Origin: a virus
Taxonomy: Duplodnaviria; Heunggongvirae; Uroviricota; Caudoviricetes
Direction: 5' to 3' (one strand)
Length of the DNA: 38,874 nt
IMG/VR virus record: IMGVR_UViG_643692022_000007
The position numbers were made by a program, and so were the translations under genes. Below are positions 31,817-38,874 of the stretch, in pieces. Positions within the stretch are counted from its first letter, which is position 1; every line of letters begins with the position of its first letter. Below the pieces are notes generated by a model. The model was not told the origin of the DNA and searched no databases. It worked only from the letters and a program-made list of their open reading frames with translations.

Positions 31817-32158
31817 ATGACGGTAATCGTGTACGGGAAATCAACATTCGCAGGAAATGCCAAAACTCGCCGTCATGAGCGGCGCAGAAAGCTGGCTATC
31901 GAGCGTGATGCCATCTGCAACATCATCGATTCGATCTTCAGTACAGACAGTGAGGAACCTGTTCAGGAAGCCCCGAGAAAGCGTTTAAGCCTTTCTGAAA
32001 AAGCAATATCACTCGGAAGCCTTCGCTGCAAGAAGTCAGAAGAAGTCGAGCGTAAACAGAATCGTATTTACTACCGCAAGCCACGCAGTGAAATGGGTGT
32101 GACTTGTTCAGGTCGCCAGAAGCAACGCGGAAAATCAATTCCAGCTTATTACGATTGA
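31817..32158 (+). CDS. N: Antitermination protein N
   Basis: From MTVIVYGKSTFAGNAKTRRHERRRKLAIERD... (arginine-rich motif) to a C-terminus ...VTCSGRQKQRGKSIPAYYD resembling lambda N (ITCSGRQKIKGKSIPLI); GAGGAA before the ATG. Confidence 0.85.
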   Translation: MTVIVYGKSTFAGNAKTRRHERRRKLAIERDAICNIIDSIFSTDSEEPVQEAPRKRLSLSEKAISLGSLRCKKSEEVERKQNRIYYRKPRSEMGVTCSGRQKQRGKSIPAYYD

Positions 32159-32166
32159 GGTGAGAT

Positions 32167-32304
32167 ATGCTCAAGAAAGTCAAACGCCGACTTTACAAAG
32201 AAGGTAGATATTCATGCCAGTTGCCAAAATGCGACACAACAAAATGGAGTGTCGATGATTGGTGTAACTGGATAGATAGATACGGAACTTGGTGGGATAA
32301 ATAA
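32167..32304 (+). CDS. Hypothetical small Cys/Trp-rich protein (45 aa)
   Basis: Hand-translated MLKKVKRRLYKEGRYSCQLPKCDTTKWSVDDWCNWIDRYGTWWDK; strong SD GAGGTGAGAT immediately before the ATG, right after the N stop. Confidence 0.35.
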   Translation: MLKKVKRRLYKEGRYSCQLPKCDTTKWSVDDWCNWIDRYGTWWDK

Positions 32305-32428
32305 CAGGTAACTTAAGCGTATTTACTTTCGCAGCAAACAACTTATTTGAGGTGAGATATGGAAGAAGAATTTGAAGAGTTCGAAGAGCATCCTCAGGAT
32401 GTGATGGAACAATACCAGGACTATCCGT

Positions 32429-32629
32429 ATGACTACGACTATTGATAAAAATCAATGGTGTGGACAATTCAAGCGATGCAATGGATGCAAGCTGCAATCG
32501 GAATGCATGGTTAAGCCTGAAGAAATGTTTCCTGTAATGGAAGATGGGAAATATGTCGATAAATGGGCAATACGAACGACGGCAATGATTGCCAGAGAAC
32601 TTGGTAAACAGAATAACAAGGCTGCCTGA
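32429..32629 (+). CDS. Hypothetical small Cys-containing protein (start uncertain)
   Basis: 66-aa track ORF MTTTIDKNQWCGQFKRCNGCKLQSEC...; overlaps an upstream 28-aa acidic ORF that has the better SD. Confidence 0.3.
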   Translation: MTTTIDKNQWCGQFKRCNGCKLQSECMVKPEEMFPVMEDGKYVDKWAIRTTAMIARELGKQNNKAA

Positions 32630-32669
32630 TGGTGGCCTTTATTTTTGGCATAAACAACAGAATAAATAC

Positions 32670-32709
32670 TGCTCCGTGTATTCATTCCAACGAGTGAATA
32701 CACGGAGCA
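32670..32709. repeat. 15-bp perfect inverted repeat (strong hairpin)
   Basis: TGCTCCGTGTATTCA-(10 nt)-TGAATACACGGAGCA, between the small-ORF cluster and the coiled-coil gene. Confidence 0.85.
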
Positions 32710-32798
32710 ATGTCGCTCGTAACTAAACAGGAGCCGACTTGTTCTGATTATTGGAAATCTTCTTTGCCCTCCAGTGTGGGGGCTTTTTTGATGGAGGA

Positions 32799-33770
32799 TA
32801 TATGAGTGAAGTAACAGATTTAGTTGTTATTGAAAAAGCAAATGCAATGATTGTATTTCAGTCTGCTGACCAGATTGAAGAAATTCTCCAAAAGGTTGAA
32901 CGTGAAGTTATGTCCTTTGTGCCTGATATCACAACGGCAAAGGGCAGAAAGGAGATCGCTTCTCTGGCGTATAAAGTTGCGCAGACGAAAACATATCTCG
33001 ATGGTCTTGGCAAAGACCTTGTTGCTGAACTGAAGGAAATTCCAAAGCTAATTGATGCCAACCGCAAGACAGTGCGCGATCGCCTTGATGAACTGAAAGC
33101 CAAGGCACGCCAGCCTCTTACTGATTATGAGGAAGAACAGGCGCGAATTAAAGCCGAAGAAGAAGCTAAGGCAGCAGCTGAAGCTCTCGCAAAGCAAATT
33201 GAGTCTGACCATGAAATAGCGATTTTGATGGATCGCGAATTTGACCGCCAAAGAGAAGAGGCAAGACTCAAAGCGGAGCAGGAAAAGCGAGAGCATGAAG
33301 AACGCTTAAAAAGAGAAGCTGAAGAGAAAGCCAGAGCAGAAGCCGAAGCAAAGGCAAAAGCCGAAATTGAAGCAGCAGCAAGACGAGAAGCAGAGGCTAA
33401 GGCCGCAGCGGAACGTGCAGAGCGTGAACGCATTGAAGCCGAGCAACGAGCACAGCGCGAAGCAAAAGAGGCAGCAGAACGAGCTGAAAGAGAAAAGCAT
33501 GCGGCAATTGAAGCAGAACGCCGAAAAGCACAGGAGGAGGCTGAACGAATCCGGCTCGAGGCTGAAGCAAAAGAGCAAGCCAGAATAGCAGAAGAAAAAA
33601 GAATCAAGGACGAAGAAGAGCGTAGAGCAAAGGATAAAGCTCACCGGAAAGAAGTAAATAACAAAATACTTGCTGACCTTATCAAGGTTGGCGCATCAGA
33701 AGATGTTGCTAAAAATATCATAACAGCCATCGTAAAAGGCGAAGTATTCGCAACAAAAATAACCTACTAA
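32799..33770 (+). CDS. Hypothetical highly charged coiled-coil protein with Ala/Glu/Lys/Arg repeats
   Basis: From MSEVTDLVVIEKANAMIVFQ..., about 323 aa; central ~200 aa low-complexity (AEAEAKAKAEIEAAARREAEAKAAAERAERERIEAE...); globular ends. Confidence 0.6.
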   Translation, partial: YMSEVTDLVVIEKANAMIVFQSADQIEEILQKVEREVMSFVPDITTAKGRKEIASLAYKVAQTKTYLDGLGKDLVAELKEIPKLIDANRKTVRDRLDELKAKARQPLTDYEEEQARIKAEEEAKAAAEALAKQIESDHEIAILMDREFDRQREEARLKAEQEKREHEERLKREAEEKARAEAEAKAKAEIEAAARREAEAKAAAERAERERIEAEQRAQREAKEAAERAEREKHAAIEAERRKAQEEAERIRLEAEAKEQARIAEEKRIKDEEERRAKDKAHRKEVNNKILADLIKVGASEDVAKNIITAIVKGEVFATKITY

Positions 33771-33793
33771 TAAACCAACATAAGGAACCACCC

Positions 33794-33925
33794 ATGATTT
33801 ACGCAATCGCGGGAGGCGCTCGCATGGGTGCCTTCCAACTAAATGAATCTTTACTTGAACGAATCACCCGTAAATTACGTGACGGATGGAAAAGAGTTGA
33901 GGTCTTATTATGCGCAATGAAATAG
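33794..33925 (+). CDS. cIII: CIII-like protein (FtsH inhibitor)
   Basis: Hand-translated 43 aa MIYAIAGGARMGAFQLNESLLERITRKLRDGWKRVEVLLCAMK; core matches lambda CIII (MQYAIAGW...ESLLERITRKLRDGWKRL); AAGGAA SD. Confidence 0.75.
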   Translation: MIYAIAGGARMGAFQLNESLLERITRKLRDGWKRVEVLLCAMK

Positions 33926-34062
33926 CCATCAATCACCAGATACTTCGTGCAGCACAGAACAAAGCAGTAATAGCCAGATTTATTGGTGATTCCAAAATGT
34001 GGCTTGAAGCAAATAAAGCGATGAAATCAGCTATCAACCTTCCGTGGTATCGCAGGAAATGA
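33910..34062 (+). CDS. kil: Kil-like protein
   Basis: Hand-translated 50 aa MRNEIAINHQILRAAQNKAVIARFIGDSKMWLEANKAMKSAINLPWYRRK; resembles lambda Kil (..IATFIGDEKMFREA..); overlaps the cIII stop. Confidence 0.55.
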   Translation: MRNEIAINHQILRAAQNKAVIARFIGDSKMWLEANKAMKSAINLPWYRRK

Positions 34063-34229
34063 GTTTTACAGATAACTGGTCAGACGAAGAATTCATTCGT
34101 CAGATGAAAGAATTAATCGGTAACGAAGGAGATATTCATGTCACTTGCAACCACAGTGAAGGAGAGCAAGTTACAGAGACGCATGTACACGCAGCAGGCG
34201 TTAATGTATCGCCAGAAGGGAGATCGTGA
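34059..34229 (+). CDS. Hypothetical small protein (P22 arf position)
   Basis: About 56 aa from MSFTDNWSDEEFIRQMKELIGNEGD...; ATGA overlap with kil; upstream of erf. Confidence 0.35.
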   Translation: MSFTDNWSDEEFIRQMKELIGNEGDIHVTCNHSEGEQVTETHVHAAGVNVSPEGRS

Positions 34230-34318
34230 AGGTGTTCGCGTATTTTTAAATGCGGCAAAGACTGAAGTATTAAATCAGCGTTATTTCCTTGGGCCATGTC
34301 CATTCTGAGAACAATCAT

Positions 34319-34924
34319 ATGAGCAAAGAATTTTACGCAAGACTGGCAGCTATTCAGGAGAATCTGAACGCGCCAAAGAATCAGTACAACTCATTCGGCA
34401 AATATAAATACAGAAGCTGCGAAGACATTCTTGAAGGCGTTAAGCCGTTACTGAATGGCCTGTTTTTATCAATCAGCGATGAAGTTGTGTTGATTGGTGA
34501 TCGGTATTACGTGAAAGCCACGGCAACTATTACCGATGGCGAAAACAGTCATACGGCAACCGCTCTTGCACGAGAGGAAGAAAGCAAGAAAGGAATGGAT
34601 TCTGCACAAGTTACGGGAGCTACAAGCTCTTATGCACGCAAGTATTGCCTCAATGGTTTGTTCGGCATTGATGATGCGAAAGATGCAGATACAGACGAGC
34701 ATAAACATCAGCAGAACGCAGCAGCAAAGCAATCAAAACCATCACCTACACCTGAACAGGTTCTAAAAGCATTCACTGACGCAGCATTGCAGAAAAACAC
34801 CGTAGAAGAGCTTAAACAGGCGTTCGCCAAAGCGTGGAAGATGCTCGAAGGCACACCGGAGCAGCACAAAGCGCAGGACGTTTACAACATCAGACGAGGC
34901 GAATTAGAAGGAGCGGCTGCTTAA
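34319..34924 (+). CDS. erf: Erf single-strand annealing recombination protein
   Basis: From MSKEFYARLAAIQENLNAPKNQYNSFGKYKYRSCEDILEGVKPLLNGLFLSISDEVVLIGDRYYVKATATITDGENSH..., a close match to remembered P22 Erf. Confidence 0.9.
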   Translation: MSKEFYARLAAIQENLNAPKNQYNSFGKYKYRSCEDILEGVKPLLNGLFLSISDEVVLIGDRYYVKATATITDGENSHTATALAREEESKKGMDSAQVTGATSSYARKYCLNGLFGIDDAKDADTDEHKHQQNAAAKQSKPSPTPEQVLKAFTDAALQKNTVEELKQAFAKAWKMLEGTPEQHKAQDVYNIRRGELEGAAA

Positions 34925-35307
34925 TGGCACATTCGATTACTGTAAGACTAAACAAGCCCGCAAGAGAGTTTCAGACCGGGGAAAATATCGGATTCAACAT
35001 CCGTGCTGGCGTTCAGTATTACGATCGCCAGACAAAAAAGAAAGAATGGACAAACTACAGCGCCGTTGTATTTGCCAAGCCGGGAGCGCAAGCGGATTAC
35101 TACCGTAGTGTTCTTGTTGAAGGTGGCATTGTTGAAATTACCGGAGAAAACATCAGGGTTGATGTTTATCAGGGGCAAAATGGTCAATCAATCAATCTTG
35201 AATTACTGAATGCAAAGATTGGATTTGCAACTTCAGGAAACAGCCAACAGCAGCAAAGTAGCAATCATCAAAATCATCCTGAATACGACGATTCAATTCC
35301 CTTCTAG
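34924..35307 (+). CDS. SSB-like protein with C-terminal DDSIPF tail
   Basis: 127 aa from MAHSITVRLNKPAREFQTGENIGFNIRAGVQYYDRQ...; Gln-rich linker then ...PEYDDSIPF, resembling the bacterial SSB tail DDDIPF; TAATG overlap with erf. Confidence 0.5.
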   Translation: MAHSITVRLNKPAREFQTGENIGFNIRAGVQYYDRQTKKKEWTNYSAVVFAKPGAQADYYRSVLVEGGIVEITGENIRVDVYQGQNGQSINLELLNAKIGFATSGNSQQQQSSNHQNHPEYDDSIPF

Positions 35308-35330
35308 ATTTGCAAAACAAGGATTCCATT

Positions 35331-35627
35331 ATGCCAGCGCCTCTGTATGGTGCGGATGACCCGCGCCGCTGTTCCGGCAATTCCGTATCGGAGGTGCTGG
35401 ATAAATTCAGGAAAAACTACGACCGGATAATGTCGCTACCGCAGGAAACGAAAGAGGAAAAGGAATTTCGCCATTGTATATGGCTTGCAGAGAAAGAAGA
35501 ACGCGAGCGGATTTACCAGACATCAATCCGACCATTCCGCAAAGCCACATATACCCACTTCCCTGAATATATCGACCCGCGCCTGCGTAATTACCGCTCA
35601 CGCTATGGCGCTATCAGTAATGACTGA
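35331..35627 (+). CDS. Hypothetical protein, possibly Abc2-like anti-RecBCD factor
   Basis: About 98 aa from MPAPLYGADDPRRCSGNSVSEVLDKFRKNYDRIMSLPQETKEEKEFRHCIWLAEKEERERIYQ...; position after erf matches P22 abc genes. Identity rests on weak recall. Confidence 0.35.
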   Translation: MPAPLYGADDPRRCSGNSVSEVLDKFRKNYDRIMSLPQETKEEKEFRHCIWLAEKEERERIYQTSIRPFRKATYTHFPEYIDPRLRNYRSRYGAISND

Positions 35628-35638
35628 GGAATTAACAA

Positions 35639-35928
35639 TGAAAACAATGAAGCTAAACATCGACCTCGGAAAATACGTTATTACCGGAACCAAACACGAC
35701 CTGATTCTTAGCGAAAGAGGAATTATCAAAGAAGGCGAGAATGCAGGGAAAGAAACGCTCAGTCGTATCGGTTATTACAGCAAGTTTGAGCATCTGGTTA
35801 AAGAGTTATGCAACCGTGAAATCCTGTTATCTCAGGCGCAGACGCTACAGGATATTCAGCAGCATATCGAGACTTTAGGTGTGTCACTTAGCATGGCTAT
35901 TGACCAGTTCGTGGAGAGTAAATCATGA
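35639..35928 (+). CDS. Hypothetical protein
   Basis: About 96 aa from [28 protein letters not shown]...; GAGGAA SD. Confidence 0.4.
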
Positions 35929-36092
35929 GAGGACTTGCATACAATCCCGGCATTCTTCCGGCAGAAATGATTATTCGCCAACGCGTAAAGCCAATGCCAT
36001 CGAGAGAGGAATTGCTTAAGAGAAATTCTTTTCCATCAGTGAATCAAAACAAATATCTGAATGCGATGTGGCGCAAAGGAGGCAACCAGTGA
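35925..36092 (+). CDS. Hypothetical small protein (55 aa)
   Basis: Hand-translated [55 protein letters not shown]; ATGA overlap with the upstream stop. Confidence 0.3.
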   Translation: MRGLAYNPGILPAEMIIRQRVKPMPSREELLKRNSFPSVNQNKYLNAMWRKGGNQ

Positions 36093-36358
36093 GTGAGTCA
36101 AAATGCCAAATTAATGGCAATAAGATAGAACCGTGCGCGGTGTTGGCAAAATCTCTCGAATATGGAAATCCAACATTCAAGAGTAAAGGCATATTTATCC
36201 CGGAGCGTGTGAACATAAACACCGGCGAGTCAGGCATAGATATTGCTCAAATTCACTCGGGGAAATATATCGGTCGTGGCGTTGCAATGTGCTTTTGCCC
36301 GTTCTGTGGTGAAAGTTTGAAAACGTGGGAAGCGGAGGCAGCCAGTGAGCAAAATTGA
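36089..36358 (+). CDS. Hypothetical protein with C-terminal CxCxxC motif (GTG start)
   Basis: AGGAGG then GTG; product [22 protein letters not shown]...[28 protein letters not shown]; GTGA overlap with the upstream stop. Confidence 0.4.
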   Translation: MSESKCQINGNKIEPCAVLAKSLEYGNPTFKSKGIFIPERVNINTGESGIDIAQIHSGKYIGRGVAMCFCPFCGESLKTWEAEAASEQN

Positions 36359-36899
36359 CCATCAGGCACTGCGTGAGGTGGCGGAACGTGCAATTCCAGC
36401 AATGGAACGCCTGTTAATGTTGCCAGCTGATGATGATTTGTTAAGTGAACAGGAACTTAAAGATTACGGTGTGGATATTGATGCGCTCAATGCCTTCAAA
36501 TTTCTGACCGGACCAGAAACCGTGCTGGCGCTGCTGGATGAACTGGAAAGGAACCAGCAATACATCAAATCCCGCGACCAGGAGAACGAGGATATTGCGC
36601 TAACGGTAGGGAAACTGCGTGTTGAGCTGGAAGCAACAGAGAACAACCTCATTGATAGTGAATGCCATGTTGCTGAACTAGAAGAAGCACTACGCGACAA
36701 GCAGGCGTTACTTGAAGCCTCAGAAAAGCGCATAGCAGAACTGGAAGCACGGGAGGTTGTACTGCCGCGTGCGCACGATGTTCACCCATTAGGGCCGCAG
36801 TCGGCGAAAATTTTTTGTGAGTTTCACCGGAGTATCGTGAACAGATGCTCCGATGAGATTCGCAAGGTTGGCGTCAAAGTCAGCATCAAGGGGAATTAG
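36345..36899 (+). CDS. Ead/Ea22-like coiled-coil protein
   Basis: 184 aa; [33 protein letters not shown]... with a central coiled-coil heptad region; assigned by general resemblance to lambdoid early-region Ead/Ea22-type proteins. Confidence 0.45.
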   Translation: MSKIDHQALREVAERAIPAMERLLMLPADDDLLSEQELKDYGVDIDALNAFKFLTGPETVLALLDELERNQQYIKSRDQENEDIALTVGKLRVELEATENNLIDSECHVAELEEALRDKQALLEASEKRIAELEAREVVLPRAHDVHPLGPQSAKIFCEFHRSIVNRCSDEIRKVGVKVSIKGN

Positions 36900-36903
36900 G
36901 GAT

Positions 36904-37560
36904 ATGGCTGAACTAACCAAAGAATGGCTGAAGCAAACTATCGCTGAATACGAAGCCAATCGTGATGAATTACCGTTTGGACTGGATACCAACAGTGCCA
37001 TTGAGCTTCAGGCGTTCAAGTTGGCGCTGGCATCGCTGGAAGCAGAACCAGTTGCTTATATTTTCAAACATCCGGCTGGAAAATTATTCTGGGCTTTAAC
37101 GGATGAAAGCAATAAAGATCAATCGGACGTTATTCCTGTTTATGCCGCCCCTCCAGTGCCAGTAGTACCTGCTGCATTACCTGAGAACGACGATGAGGAC
37201 GGGCATGACATTGATTATCTTGAGCCATCTGAAGTTTACTCGCTTGGGCGAACAGCTGGCTGGAACGCCTGCCGTGCTGCCATGCTTCATGGTGCCGAAC
37301 CTGTAAGCCAAACTTACAAGTTGAACGAGCTATCTGGCAACTCTCCGGTAACTCCTGATGGTTGGATAAGCTGTAGTAAGCGAATGCCGGAGAAATACGA
37401 TTTCGATATCTGGGTATTCTCTCTATCCAGAGGTGTTCTTGACGGGCTACAGTGGGATGGCTCGATGTTTACTGATGATGAATATCAGTTCGTTATTCAT
37501 GACGCCACGCATTGGATGAGAAAAGCATATCCAGCAGCACCACAGCAGGAGGTCGAATGA
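36904..37560 (+). CDS. Hypothetical protein
   Basis: About 218 aa from MAELTKEWLKQTIAEYEANRDELPFGLD...; Trp/Asp-rich C-terminal domain (KYDFDIWVF...WDGSMFTDDEYQF). Confidence 0.45.
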   Translation: MAELTKEWLKQTIAEYEANRDELPFGLDTNSAIELQAFKLALASLEAEPVAYIFKHPAGKLFWALTDESNKDQSDVIPVYAAPPVPVVPAALPENDDEDGHDIDYLEPSEVYSLGRTAGWNACRAAMLHGAEPVSQTYKLNELSGNSPVTPDGWISCSKRMPEKYDFDIWVFSLSRGVLDGLQWDGSMFTDDEYQFVIHDATHWMRKAYPAAPQQEVE

Positions 37561-37832
37561 GCAGGGTGAACGGGAGCAAGCCGCCTAAGTACATGCCGGT
37601 AATGAACTCCGCCAAGCCAGTAAAGCTAACCTATGAGCAAGTAATGGCGCTTCCGTTGATGTCGGATGTTTATGTAAGGATGAATGACGGTAAAATTTTG
37701 AATGGTAAGCTCGCTTCGCACTCAGATTATCTCGTCGGATGTCCGGTAGTCGACATAGGTGAATCGAGGAGCATTGGAATTGGATACGAGGGGGAAATTA
37801 TCGCAGCAGCACCGAAGCAGGAGGTGAAGTGA
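37557..37832 (+). CDS. Hypothetical protein
   Basis: About 91 aa from MSRVNGSKPPKYMPVMNSAKPVKLTYEQVMALPLMSDVYVRMNDGK...; ATGA overlap with the upstream stop. Confidence 0.4.
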   Translation: MSRVNGSKPPKYMPVMNSAKPVKLTYEQVMALPLMSDVYVRMNDGKILNGKLASHSDYLVGCPVVDIGESRSIGIGYEGEIIAAAPKQEVK

Positions 37833-38116
37833 TGTACTCCTTCGCGAAATATACGGTTATTGACTGGATAGCATTCCTTCAGGTTTTGCTCATCTGGTTT
37901 TATATGGCTTACAGGAGTGGACAGTGGATTGTCAGTGTAGCCTGTAGCAAGGGATGGCGTTGGTGGAACCGAAAGAATAAAAAAGCACTGGCATTGGATT
38001 CGTTTTACGAAGCATTCAATCTTAACAGCCTTCAGCCTGGTTCTGTCATTGTAGTCACCACTAAAAGCGGCATGACGATACAAATTCACAAGCCAAAGGA
38101 GGAAGGTCGTGGCTAA
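37829..38116 (+). CDS. Hypothetical small membrane protein
   Basis: 95 aa with one hydrophobic helix (IDWIAFLQVLLIWFYMAY); overlaps the upstream stop. Confidence 0.4.
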   Translation: MMYSFAKYTVIDWIAFLQVLLIWFYMAYRSGQWIVSVACSKGWRWWNRKNKKALALDSFYEAFNLNSLQPGSVIVVTTKSGMTIQIHKPKEEGRG

Positions 38117-38390
38117 CCTGCAACTTGCCGTTAAAGGTGAATACTTCGATGCCATGATTCGTGGAGAGAAAACGGAAGAGTATCGCCTGTGTAATGACTA
38201 CTGGAATAAGCGAATTATGTTCCGGGAGTATGACCGCCTGATTATCACAAAGGGATATCCGAAGCGCGACGACTTCAGTCGCAGAATTGACGTCCCGTAT
38301 GAAGGGTATGAAATCAAGACAATCACACACCCCCACTTCGGCGATAAACCGGTAAAGGTGTTCGCGGTAAAGGTGAATATTGATGGCTAA
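38109..38390 (+). CDS. Hypothetical protein, possibly ASCH/PUA-like small beta-barrel
   Basis: 93 aa MANLQLAVKGEYFDAMIRGEKTEEYRLCNDYW...; pattern resembles ASCH-type domains seen in phage early regions. Confidence 0.35.
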   Translation: MANLQLAVKGEYFDAMIRGEKTEEYRLCNDYWNKRIMFREYDRLIITKGYPKRDDFSRRIDVPYEGYEIKTITHPHFGDKPVKVFAVKVNIDG

Positions 38391-38484
38391 ATCAGCAGCA
38401 GAACGCAACTAACAAACCTCGCACCGTCGAGGTTTTCTTTTATCTTAACTCGCTACGGCGAGTTTTGTTTTATGGAGATGATAA

Positions 38485-38652
38485 ATGCACTTCCGAGTCA
38501 CAGGTGAATGGAATGGAGAGCCATTCGACAGGGTTATCGAAGCAGAGAACATCAACGACTGCTATGACCACTGGATGATATGGGCGCAGATAGCACATGC
38601 AGACGTAACCAATATTCGAATTGAAGAACTGAAAGAACACCAAGCCGCCTGA
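38485..38652 (+). CDS. Hypothetical small protein (55 aa)
   Basis: Hand-translated MHFRVTGEWNGEPFDRVIEAENINDCYDHWMIWAQIAHADVTNIRIEELKEHQAA; GGAGATGA SD; stop lies inside the following terminator stem. Confidence 0.3.
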   Translation: MHFRVTGEWNGEPFDRVIEAENINDCYDHWMIWAQIAHADVTNIRIEELKEHQAA

Positions 38653-38667
38653 TGGCGGTTTCTTTTT
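38644..38667 (+). terminator. Rho-independent terminator upstream of the excisionase-like gene
   Basis: Hairpin CCGCC-tgat-GGCGG followed by TTTCTTTTTG. Confidence 0.7.
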
Positions 38668-38682
38668 GCCTGGAGAATTAAG

Positions 38683-38874
38683 ATGACCGATACCAGCCTG
38701 ATTCCTGAGAAAGAAGTGATGAACAAGCTCGGTGTTTCATCACGTCAGACAATCTGGAACTATACCAAACGGCACGGATTTCCGAAGCCAGTCAGAACCC
38801 ACCCCAAATCATACCTTCGTGAAGCTGTTGAAGGGTGGATTCTTAACGGTGGCGTTAATCAGAAATGCTCCTGA
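38683..38874 (+). CDS. Excisionase-like small DNA-binding protein (Xis/AlpA-type)
   Basis: 63 aa; MTDTSLIPEKEVMNKLGVSSRQTIWNYTKRHGFPKPV... is typical of small winged-helix excisionases; last gene of the early-left operon, where xis precedes int. Confidence 0.5.
   Translation: MTDTSLIPEKEVMNKLGVSSRQTIWNYTKRHGFPKPVRTHPKSYLREAVEGWILNGGVNQKCS

Noticed and set aside
31938-32703. Minus-strand ORFs (81, 105 and 83 aa) opposite N and the small-ORF cluster
   Set aside because: They overlap N and SD-preceded plus-strand ORFs in a unidirectional operon; no supporting signals.
33125-33644. Two long minus-strand ORFs (160 and 112 aa) rich in Ala/Ser or Cys/Phe/Leu
   Set aside because: They are antisense frames of the low-complexity GAA/GCA-rich coiled-coil gene at 32799..33770; their composition is a mirror artefact of the repeat and they have no start context.

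Overview
The whole window reads as a nearly complete P22-like (lambdoid, podovirus-type) temperate phage or prophage of an enterobacterium, drawn in reverse of the usual map. All calls rest on reading the ORF translations and sequence by eye against remembered lambda/P22 proteins and sites; no database search or computation was run. Left to right: an AT-rich acyltransferase (+) convergent with a mosaic tailspike (-); the P22-type structural and packaging genes on the minus strand (gp16, gp20, gp7, gp14, tail needle, gp10, gp4, coat, scaffold, portal, TerL, TerS with a P22-type pac site); ORF80 and Rha; a lysis cassette (holin, SAR-type endolysin, Rz with embedded Rz1); the lambda-type pR'/6S/tR' late control region and Q; a nin region; DnaB-like helicase and an O-like initiator carrying iterons; cII with an OOP-like antisense RNA; cro; the divergent OR region; cI (+); N with P22-type nut sites; and an early-left operon (cIII, kil, erf, SSB-like, Ead/Ea22-like and others) ending in an excisionase-like gene. 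The integrase is expected just beyond the right edge. The best candidate for an undescribed system is an AT-rich two-gene cassette at 30519..31356, directly downstream of cI in the slot that rexAB occupies in lambda: a small zinc-ribbon-like protein overlapping a single-pass membrane coiled-coil protein. Other points worth a second look are an extra membrane ORF inside the nin operon, a perfect hexanucleotide repeat encoding an (EP)9 tract between coat and gp4, and the AT-rich acyltransferase plus tailspike receptor-binding region. Coordinates of non-ORF motifs were counted by hand and may be off by 1-3 nt.
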